Positions 34,301 to 46,300 of a stretch of 64,000 nt of DNA are shown here, one piece after another. The DNA is taken from contig NC_092673.1 in NCBI RefSeq assembly GCF_964355755.1, positions 31,059,648-31,123,647 of the forward strand, written 5' to 3'. The translations under genes and the position numbers were made by a program. How positions within the stretch are numbered: the first letter of the stretch is position 1; each line of letters starts with the position of its first letter. The DNA comes from Antedon mediterranea. Lineage: Eukaryota; Animalia; Echinodermata. The notes below the pieces were generated by a model. It searched no databases, was not told the origin of the DNA, and worked only from the letters and a program-made list of their open reading frames with translations.

Positions 34301-37300
34301 TTATTATTGTTATTGTTATATTATTTGTTTTGATGCAGTTCACCCAGATTCCAGAAAATTATGATGAAGTGCACTCGGAAATGTCAAGAGAAGGCGCCAG
34401 AGTGTTGTCTATGGGGTACAAGAAACTAGGCCAGTTATCAAGTAGTCAGGTAATGAAAAGTTGATTGGTCAAGTGGTACCGTATTGGTCAGTGCATGTTT
34501 GAAGCTGTTCTTGTCTATAGATCTGGTGGTGGAACATTTTTCTTGGATAATGAATTAAAAATAGAGGGGTCTAGTGTACCTATATGACACCCTTCTAATA
34601 GGAGAAGGGGACAAGGGTGTAGAGATGCAATGGGATTATCACACCAAGAACCAAGCACACTGATAGACAGAACATGAGTTTTCAGATAATAAATTCTCAG
34701 CTGCATAAATGAATTTAATCTATGGGTATTAATAAGTCTGTGAAGCAGAATGTTGGTGTTACTATGTCGGATTGATTGAAAATATCATTTATCACAATTA
34801 ATAATGCATTGTATTAATAATAAATTGTTATTTATAGGTACGAGAGTTGACACGTGATGATGTCGAAAAAGATTTAATATTTGCAGGGTTTGTCGTCATA
34901 TCGTGCCCTCTAAAGTCCGACTCAAAAGCAGTGATAAGGGACATACTGCACTCGTCTCATTACGTAAGTGCATTTGACATCTCAAGTTTTTCATATGAAA
35001 TGATGGGATTGTGTAGACTTTTATCTGGTCTAGATTCTAAGCCGCTTAATAATTGTAAAAAAAAATTATATTTTTTGCATACCTAGCGCGTCATACCTAT
35101 ACTTGTGCTATGGTCAGGTGCTAAAATTCATCAATTAAAAACTTTGGCAAATCTAGCTTTGATATACAGTTAGATGAGATTGAGATTGTTTGAGTTATAT
35201 GGAATGCACATAATTCATCATTTATTTTTTTATTTGTTTAGGTTGCTATGATAACTGGAGATAATCCACTGACTGCATGTCACGTTGCTAAGGAGCTGGC
35301 TCTCACTAAAAAACCACACACTTTAGTTTTGACTAAACCCAATACAAATGGCAAGTACACACAATTTGGTGCTAAGATCTTAAATTTAACAAAGGCTCTG
35401 AAACCTTATGAATGATGGAAATGATAATTTACACACATATACAGATCCAGTCGAGGATTTGAAATATAGTTTTCATTCAAATTTTTATTTGATTTTTTTT
35501 ATACTTATGCTTTTAGTATAGTATAGTTTAACTCAAAGTTATTTAAAGTTTATTTTAATTTGTATTTATTTATTTTTTATTATATTATTATATTATATTA
35601 TACTCACTGTAGATATTTTCAAATAAATGAATTGTCTCCCTTTTATATAATGTCTTCAACCATTATTTATTTGACACTTTTTAATATTTTATTATAAGCA
35701 CTTTCTATTTATGACTTTTTTATACTTACCCTGCATACCCTGAAGGTGTACTTTATTATGTAAGAAAAAATGTAAATAAATCAATCATTATTCTGAAACA
35801 TTCTTGCAAAGTATTTTAAGTATGTTAAGGATTATCTAAAATTTCCTTTACTGCAGTTACTGCAGAAATAATATTTGTAGTGCATCAAAGTATTATGTAC
35901 AAGACCATCACTGCAATAAACAATGTGTATGATTGTCAACAAAAAAATTTCAAATTTTAAAGAGTAAACTTAGATACTGCTTAGTACCTAGTTACTGCAT
36001 GCAGTAACTGCAGTAAAATATTTTTGAGATGATCCCTTTCTTACTTTGTATGCAAGTTTTTTGGTTTGAATAATAATTTCCACAATTTTCAAGTTATTTG
36101 TTCTGAATTTGTTTCAAAATAAAAATATCAAAACAGATCATGCTTTTTTATTTATTTTATTAATTTTGTTTTGATAGACAATGAATGGCACTGGGAATCG
36201 ATAGATGAAACTGTAATATTACCGATAATACCTCAGGGAGGACGGAAGGAACTAATTGACAAGTACGACCTGTGTCTCACAGGGGAGGTAAGAACTGAAA
36301 GTTTTAAGCGAGATAATACGATAGTAAAGAGTTGTTGAGACCAGGACAGTCAGTGACATTTTCTAAGCCTCTGAAATTGTACATCTTTGTTTCGTGTAAT
36401 CAAGTGAATTTTCTATATAGGACCCTCAATTTGGTCCAGTGAGCAAGAATTCATAATTGAAATTAACACAATTTGCAATTGTATAAACAAAAATGGCTTT
36501 TTTACTTACAAAATCACCACATCTAAATAGAGATAATTTATGTTATGATGGTGTTTCCTAATTTGGTTACACCTAATTATAATTATGTAAACAATTTGAT
36601 TCATAGGGGTTAACTGAAATGCAGACAAGCTACATGAAGTATCTCAACTTGCTGCTTCCGTCTGTGTCCGTGTTTGCCCGCGTTGCTCCAAAACAAAAGG
36701 TTTGTTTCAATCCAAAATCAGCAAAGTACTTCGGTACTATGAAACTGTTAAAAAAAATAGCCCCTTTATCATGGGAATTACCATCTATCTAATGAAATAA
36801 TTTACTATAGGTAATCTTGGCCATGTGTGCCTTAAGACATATAATACATAAAACATGATGATGTATAATTTGACAAGAGAAACTTCAAGCTTCCCCATAT
36901 GAGATTCGAACCCGGAGTTTTTCTGATTGATATGGAGACGTCCTACCATAAGACAACTAGAGATTTTGTGGTACCATTCAAATCTAATTGGATAGCGACT
37001 ATTTACCTCCCTCAAAGTAGTATGGTATATTACTAAGTTGCTACGTATAAATACATGTTGTACTTCCATATAGTTAGCCAGAATTCCATTGACACGTATA
37101 AATACACGTTGTACTTCCATATAGTTAGCCAGAATTCCATTGACACGTATAAATACACGTCGTACTTCCATATAGTTAGCCAGAATTCCATTGACTTGGA
37201 TTTAACATGTAACTATATGTATTGTAGTGGAGCTGTAGCTTTGTGTTTAACATGCTTGCCTTCTAATCCCAAGCTCCGGGGTTCAATCCTGACCTATTAT

Positions 37301-40300
37301 GCCGGGGTTGTAATTCACGACACTTCATCAAATGAGACTTAGTTTATAAACATGATAAATTATAAAATAGTTATCCATCCTGTAATTGGCGAGTTATACT
37401 CGCTGTTAGATGCATATGAAATGAAAAAACAAATTTTAAATATATAGTTAATATTTTTATAATTTTTTAGCTTTAAACATTTTTATTTTTAAATTTAAAC
37501 ATTTTTAGCTGAGTGCTATCGTTTTGTAGTTTTAAAACACTGTATTAAATAAATTAAAAATATTAAAAAAATTATATCGTGATAAAGCATAGCTCACATA
37601 TTTCTGAATTTAACCAGCTTTACCATCTAAATAATTGTTTTTCCCTAGGAATTTGTGATAACAACCTTAAAAAGTTTAGGCTTTGTAACTCTGATGTGTG
37701 GAGATGGTACAAATGACGTTGGTGCTCTACGACATGCTCACTGTGGTAAGCTATTACGCAAAATATATTGCTTCAAGTCATGTTTCCATAATCGTGTGAA
37801 GTATTTCTTTGCATAAATTTGTATAAATTTAATGAATTGTCGACCTTTAAAAAAGAGATTGTCGTATAAAACTTTTAAAAAAGAGGGTTATATACTTTCC
37901 CTTGCTTGCTCAAAATGTGTGGTTTTGCCAGAAATCTATTTTCCCAATGTAACCACTTACCAATAATATAGGATCTAGTCATAACAGGTTGGGTTTATCG
38001 TGAACTAAAAAAGCAAATAAATGTATTCTGTAGTATTTGGAACCTTTTGCCACCTTTTTTTAGGGAGAGTTTTCGGACAGTCTAGTTTCGATCGAGAAAG
38101 TTAACTATATTGTAAAAATATTGTTTTTATTTAGGTGTTGCTTTGCTGTCAAATTCACCGCTAAAATTTCCATCAAAGAAAAAAGAAAAAGAAAAGAAAG
38201 ACAAAGATGTGAGTGTTAAGTAGAAACTTTCGTTTTAATGTGTACTGTATTTCAATATCGGGGTTAAAGTACTTTGTTACCAAATTTTATGCCTGCACAA
38301 TTTTCTAAAAAAATTCCAGAGATAAATTTTTATATATTACTTTTAGAAAAGTAAACTACATTTAATGAAGTCAAAAGAAAAAACCTTTCAGCACAATCAT
38401 GAAAACATTTCTTCTGGTTTCAATTCGTATGATATATGTAGTTCTTTGTTAGTAAACCAATAAAACTTACGATTGCAAGACAGTTTCGTCAGCTGTCAGT
38501 TTGACTTCTTCAGTTGCTATATGATGTGTTTATGATGCCGACTGGTCTCCTTTCCAGTCACTAGGTGTTTTTGTTGGGTAGCCTGGGGGACCAGTCGTCG
38601 TCAGTAGATGATCATAAATATGAGATAGTTGGTGCGCGCCTTGATCTCTATTCATTGTATTTTTATTTTGCTTTCTTATGCTGATGCTTTCTTTAATTTT
38701 ACGTTTAAGCCAGACTTGTTCTTTATGTAGTACATCTATCTTATCCCAGTTAGGTATGGGGTTGTGTGTGGTCATATGGTCCGTGATCTCTGATTTATGT
38801 AAAATGGAGGACGAAACTTTCCGCGATGAACGTGTCTGTATGTTCTGTGTATTTTCCTCAACATCTTTCTTGTGTTCTTTAATTCTGGTTTTGAGTGCCC
38901 TACCTGTTTCCCCAATGTACACCATCTCACAGTTGGTGCAACCCACTTTGTAAACTACACCACAGGAATCTTCTTTGCATGCTTTTCGGTTTTTTCGGTC
39001 GGACGATTAAGTTTTTAATTTTGTTAGATGGTTTAAAGTATGTTCGTATGTTATATTTTTTTAATGTTCTCTTGATTTTCTCTGACAGGCCTTGAACATA
39101 TGGAATGGATATCGACCCTCTTATGTCTTCTGTTTCGGGTTGTGTGTCCGTTTTTTGTTTATCTAAGTTACGTTGTACCTTTCTAATCGTCCATGTTGGG
39201 TAGTTACATTGTTTTAGTGAAGTATGTATCATCTTAGTTTCGTTCTGTTTGTCTGCATTATTTGTGATTATCGTGTTACATCTGTGTAGAAGTGTGCGGA
39301 TAACCGATAACTTGTGTTGTAGAGGATGACAATCTTTAATTTAAATTTATTCTTGAATTAGTAAGTGCTTAATCAAACTTGGCTCATATCACAGTTCACA
39401 ATGCCAGTTGCCAAACTGATATGTATTGTAATGTAAACTCTCTAATGGTGATTGTAATTATTTAATGTTTCAAGCCTGTAGCCAGGATTTTTATGATAGT
39501 AGGGTGCAAAAACCATCATGAGCTAATCTAGTTAGGCCTAATAATATTACTTTGTCTTCTAGTCTCTAGTTTGAAAAGAGCACTTATAGTGGAAATTTGG
39601 TTTGTCTTCTGGCCTGTGTTTAACTTATAGAATCATATATAAAGGTTGTTATTATAATTCTGATTCAGGCAAATGACAGCATAAAACATCGTCGACCGAA
39701 GGCAGTTGGTGACAAACCAGGAAGTGGTAAAATTAATACGAAAGCGGCAAGGAGCCGTGCTGTTGCCAAGGGTGAAGACCTCACAATGAGCAAAGTAAGA
39801 CTATTTATTAGTTATCCGCTTAGTAGCGGATAACTTCTTGTAATCGTCCTGTTACTTTTTTTTTTTTTTTTTTTTCTTATTTCTTTCTCCTCCATTTTTG
39901 TGCCTCACGTATCTCAAAAACTTGTAAACATAACATTTCATAACTTTGACAACATATGGGCATTTACGTGAAGTTGTGCACCTCCTATTTTTGAATGACG
40001 TCAGAGTTGCGCAACGTGACTTACGTGCGATTTTATGATTTTTTATGATTGATCATAGACTAAAAACCAAGCATAAATTTGTTTTGACACTTTGTGAAAA
40101 TTTAAGTCATATCAAGGGCAAACTTTTTGTGGATTAAAAATGCCATGTTTTACAAGACGTTAAGCGCGCACGCACATTTCTCCTCTATTTTTGTATCTCG
40201 CGTATCTCAAAAACGTGTAAACATAACATTTCATAACTTTGTCAACATATGGGCATTCACGTGAAGTTGTGCACCTCCTATTGTGAATGACGTCAGAAAT

Positions 40301-43300
40301 GCGCAACGTGACTTACGCACGATTTTATGAATTTCGCGTATTTAACATAGATTTAAAACCATATAACAATTTAAATTGAAACTTAGCAAAAGTTTAATTT
40401 ATATCATGCGCTAACTTTCTGTGGAAAAAAAATTGCGTGTTTTACACAAAGTTACGCGCGCACGCGCATTTAAAATTCAAAATGCGCAAAATTAATTTTT
40501 AATCAACTTTCTACGCTGATCATGACATTTTGACCATGTCAAAATTTCCCACGTGCGCGAACAATTTTATGCGCGTGGTGCGCACGTAGCGCTAAAAGTA
40601 TTTTTTTTTTATTGAATTATGTTTTTCCAGCCTTTTATAGTAATTTTACCAATTTTAAAACAATTTTGACTTACAATTACGTCATACGGGCACGTTGAAT
40701 TGGATACTTTACGTGCGTTTTTGATGAAAAAGTTCAAAAATTTGTCAAAATTATGCCTTTTTTTAAACAGTCATAGATTCTAAACAACGAGGTGAACTTT
40801 TTTTTAATTACATATTCTGGAAGTTGATGAGTTGTAGAAATCGGATCATGAATCAATATGGCTAACCGGACATTGTGATGTCATCGTATGGCCACACGAA
40901 TGTAAAATATAGGATTTTTGTCTCTTTCGTTATTGCTCATCATATTCAATGGAGCGCATCACGCCTATCTGTATTCCTTTTTCTCTGAGATTTTAATATT
41001 GTCTAGGTCAATCAACTATCTTACGCATGAGTTAAAAATATTTTAATTTTTATGACGTCACCATGCCTAAAAATTTTAATTAACAGCGTCATTAATTTCA
41101 TCTTTACAGTAAATTTTAATCTGTTATAGCTCGTAAGAATAAAATGTGATAATCACGATTAAAACGTTTTCAGGAAGCTATGGGATTGTAGATACAAAAT
41201 CATGTGAACTTTTCGCCAATCAGATGTTGTGACGTCATCATATGGCCAGTTAAATAAACAAAGTCATATTTTCATCTTTTGCGTCATATTTCATTACATT
41301 TAAAAAAGCGCGCATTAATATTTCACGTATTCAAATTTCTTCTAAACGTTAATATGTTGTTACTGAGATAATTTTCTTCCGAAATTACTACAGTACCTTC
41401 GCGTTTCCTTTTGAAAATTAAAATAAAATACGGGTCCCGTAATTTCACCTATTTTACACTGTTTGTGACATGTATACAGATTATACTGTGTATACTATAT
41501 GACAGAAAATATACAGCATTCAGTACTAACAACACATCATATTCTTCAGTTCAGGTCATAATGACATAATCTTTTTCGGTGTGCAATATTCCAACGTATG
41601 ACGTGCACGTGGCGTTTGTCGTGGTGCGGATAACTAACTCGTCAAAGTGACGAGTTTCATGTCTAGTTACTTTTAAAGGTTGCATCTCTTTAAGCTTCGT
41701 TCCCACCAAAGACACGATGAAAGGGCGTAACGCAACATAAGTTCTTTGACCATCAACCATAAGTGAGGGATTATTCGAACTTGTCAGTGGTCAGCTTGCT
41801 TTGTTTTGTCTATGTTGCATTGCCTCTTTAGTGGGAACCAAACTTTACTAACAAACCTTTTAGCACTTTATTCAGAGATCCTAACTATGAAAAATAAATT
41901 TGTAATAACATCTTAAAAAGTGTGACTAAAACATAGAGGGTGCTATCATTTTTAATGCAACAAAACATAGAGGGTGCTATTTAAAACAAAGCCATATACA
42001 TGGCTGCAGTTGCGTGCTCAAATTTGAGTTAACCGACCAACCAACCGACATATTGAGCTGTAGAGTCAATATTTGTTTTGGTATTTTACCTTAAAGATGT
42101 ATTGTTTCTTTGACTAATTCCAAAAAAAAAAATAATTTAACCGAAATACAGATGTTTTTTGTTCAAAAAATAACTTTGACTTCCAGTCAAAGTTTTCAAT
42201 CAAAACATATCTCATAATGCAACACGCTTGATTGGCTGCTCAGTATGCATAATCATAAAACTTCCTCACGATCTGTGTGAAAACACCTTCTCAACCGTGA
42301 CGAGTTGTAAACAATCCTAATTAGCATGCATAATGCATACTCATGGTTTGAAATCTTTGTTTACTTTCGCTTGCGACGATTTCCCAGACGAAATGTAATC
42401 TAATTAATTTACCTGTTAATTACGTAAACTTGTTGTTTTTGGCTTGAATTTTCGACTTTAAGTGAATAACTTTAATATTACTTTGATATGGCCAATTTAA
42501 ATTTAGAATATATTTTTTTTCATTTTTTGTGTTTCAAGGGACAATACATCTTTAAGCTCAGTCTACACTATCAAACTGGTTTGACAAAAAAAAAATGTAT
42601 GTGCCCAAATATGGTAGTGATATGACATCATCATGTCCATATATGGGTACATCAAATTTTGTTTTCCCATCAATTTTGATAGTGTAGACAGAGCTTAAGT
42701 GTGTTGTGTATCTTTTTGCTTATATTAATCTCTTTATTTTTGGTTACTTGTAGAAGAAACTAAATGCCATGATGAAAGAGATTGAAGACCAAGAGGCGGC
42801 GCAGGTAGTCAAATTGGGCGATGCTAGTATAGCCTCACCTTTCACCTCTAAGCTGTCGTCAACTAAATGTGGTACGAGTAGCTGTTTTTATTTACTTTTA
42901 ATAGGAATCTAAGTAGATTCCGAGAATTACTTGCCAATTACCTTATTCCAGATGCAAAGCTACTTTGTATATTTAAAGGGGGGTTCCGGGTTTAAAATGA
43001 ATAGTAAAAAATGTAAAATATATTTGTTTGTCTCGTAAAAGTTTCAATTTATATAAGCGCCCAGTGAAGCAGAACGAAGGCTGTGAAATGAGGCCAGATT
43101 ACAAGTGCAGCTACGGCAAAATCACACTGTGGTTACAGAATAGGAAATTCGTGAAATGGTCAATCTTCCGACGACTCGTTATCATTAACCATATCAATTA
43201 CTTTTGTAAAATTATACTTATCTGATGTAATTTTAGTCGGTCTTCCCATTTATAAAGTCAATTTTCTATGAAAATCCATCAAAACAGTGAAAAATTAGAT

Positions 43301-46300
43301 AAGTTTGCACTTTACGTTTGCCGATTTTCACACTGACTTAGGGAAAGCCTTCAAAATCAATGAAGCGTAACGTATACATTCCTGCTGAGCGAGGAGAGCG
43401 AGACGACGATACACGTGCTCTCTCTGCCCATGCCTGGCATCGTCACGTGATAAGCAGATACAGTATACAATACCAAACTGGTCGGGTCGAGTATACCCCG
43501 TCTATAATCACAACATGAACGATGTACAGTATTTGATTGAAGGTCGACTCAACCTACCGGAATGGTATAGATAATATAGCTCGAATGAGAGAGTTGGAAT
43601 ATTTGTAAACATAAGTACAGTATTGCTAATTTTAACAAGTGTAGCCTATAGTAAAAGGCCTGGTGGTAGTATCAATTCGCATAGGGTCTACTACACTAGC
43701 TAGCTCAATTTTTAACTGGGCCGGATCGGCTAAGGCTAGGCTACGTTAGCTCCTTCCTACTACCGGTCTACTTGCTTGATGCAGTATCCGCTTTTTTGGA
43801 GAGTAAACTAGGCCTACTTATTATAGACGATCGGGACACCATACGTGCGGACGGCGATCGGACCTTGTTTTGCCTCAATATTTACAGCCGATTTTTGTAG
43901 AACGTTTTAGGTTTAGATTGTTTAGGAGTTTGGTTGATAGGATGGGTTTGGAATCCACTGAGTTTTGTTATTGATGGGCCAATCGTTTAGTAATAGGCTA
44001 GCTAGGCCCATGAATGATGGCCCCAATGTTTTAACGTAGCCATCGTGGCATGGAATCCCTAGTCAGAAATGGCTCTCACCCAGGCATGAATAAAATGATT
44101 TAGGCTAGGCCTAGCCTAGTACGTGAAGCCGATATACGATCTGTACTATTATTTCGAGGTATAAAAATAGTATAATTTATGACTCCGTAATCTGTACTAA
44201 ATTTTGTATTTCATTAAATGTCAAATAAGTATATGCTACTACTGTTATTATTACACTTTAGGCCTAGCTTAGCAAATCTACAAAAAATGTATTTCACAAT
44301 GATCGGGTGGTCGAGGTCGTCAGAGAGGAGAGAGAACACAACGTACAAGCTTGACGTCGCGAGTTTGGAATCCACTGATGACGTGATTTTGTGAATATCT
44401 CATGAATATTAATGAGCTTCCCTAAGCTGCTGAAAAACAGACTTTCCATGAATTTACCCTAAAATGTATATGAAATTTAATTTTTTTTATTTCTCGTTAT
44501 TACTTCTTCATTCTGACATGTCTATATTGTTATAATATTTTTTATTTAATAAATAAACGATATTTAAAAGCAATTTTAAACCCAGAATCCCCCTTTAACT
44601 ATGAGCTTTAGAGATCAAAGGGTTTATCTGTGGCTGTGACACGATTAGTTCCACACCCCTAACAGACACCGTGAGGAATATGTACATAGTACAGTACTGG
44701 TGGTATTTACTGCAGCCAGACATAAGATCAAAATGTTACGAGTTCCTATCTTGGCAAGGTGAGCTCGATGTCCTGTTGTTAGATTGCCTAGCTTTTACTT
44801 CTAAAGCTCTGTCTAAACCATCAAACTTTATGTCACAAAAGTATGTAATGTGTCCATATGAATTGAATTGAATGGAATTTATTTGAAATTCATCATAAAA
44901 AATACATACAAAGTGATAACATAAATTACGGACATTACAAATAATACATTTATAAAAGATTTTTCAGGATAGCCCAAAAAGCTTATCAGCTTATTTCCAT
45001 TGGGATCCTTTTACAATCTAAAATAAAAAATATAAACACGATATATGGACACGATGACGTCATATCACTGCCATATTTGGCCATATCTCATTTTTTTCAA
45101 ACTAGTTTGATAGTGTAGACAGATCTTTAGATAAAATAAGGTCTTAACACATCATGGTAAGATTAGCAGCAACATAACAACGTATATCACACTTATTTAA
45201 CAACTTTATTTCTTTAGTTTCCCATATAGTTAAGCAAGGCCGATGCACATTGGTTACTACACTGCAGATGTTCAAGATTTTAGCCCTAAACGCTCTCATC
45301 CTAGCCTACAGCCAGAGTGTTCTTTACCTGGACGGTGTCAAGTTCAGTGACAGTCAGGCTACATTACAGGGCCTCTTATTAGCTGGCTGCTTTTTATTTA
45401 TATCTAGGTCAAAGGTATTTAACTCAATTTTAATTTATTTTCCACATACAAGCATTTACATGGAGGATGCATATTTTAAGATCTATGCTATGCAGAATTA
45501 ATAATAGATATAGACATAAAAATGAAAGCAATGAATATACAAATAAATAACAATAAATATATGTATATAAATAAGCAGAAGAGAGTAGACATGAGTTAGT
45601 GTGGTATTTACAACTGTTCTATTTAGAATCGTAAATATATTTAAAAAAAAGTACATATATTTGGTACTTGGTTCACACAATACTGTTCACGTAGTATTTT
45701 GCACAATACAACATTTACATAAACAGGGAGTCCCCTCTCTATTTGAATATAAATGTAAAACAAGCTTTAAATCAATTGATGTTTGGGGGCAGATTGCAGA
45801 GACATAGTAGTTTTATAAAAGTGACGTTTTTTACGAAATTCCTAGTACTATTTGTCCATAAACAAGGATTTTAACCTAATATTTTGTTACAGTAAGCAAA
45901 TATTTGTTTTGTTTATGTTTTCTAATATTATTTTACAGCCTTTGAAAGTTTTATCTAAAAGCAGACCTTTACCTAACATATTCAATGTGTACACTATAGT
46001 GACGGTGCTTTCACAATTTGCAGTTCACTTTTTAGCATTAGTGTTTTTAGTGCAGGAGGCCAAATCAAGATCTCCAAAGTAAGATATTTTATTTTATATA
46101 TTTAATTTGACAACATATACTGTATTTATTTGAATGAACGCCCTGCTTTGAATAAATGCCTCCCTCGAATAAACTCAAAACAAACATCGTTTTGAATAAA
46201 TACCCCTTGAATAAACGCACCAGGTCCTTTATTTATTTCCTCGAATAAATGCCCCACCACATGCATATACACCATTGTATTACATTTCTATTTGTGGTAG

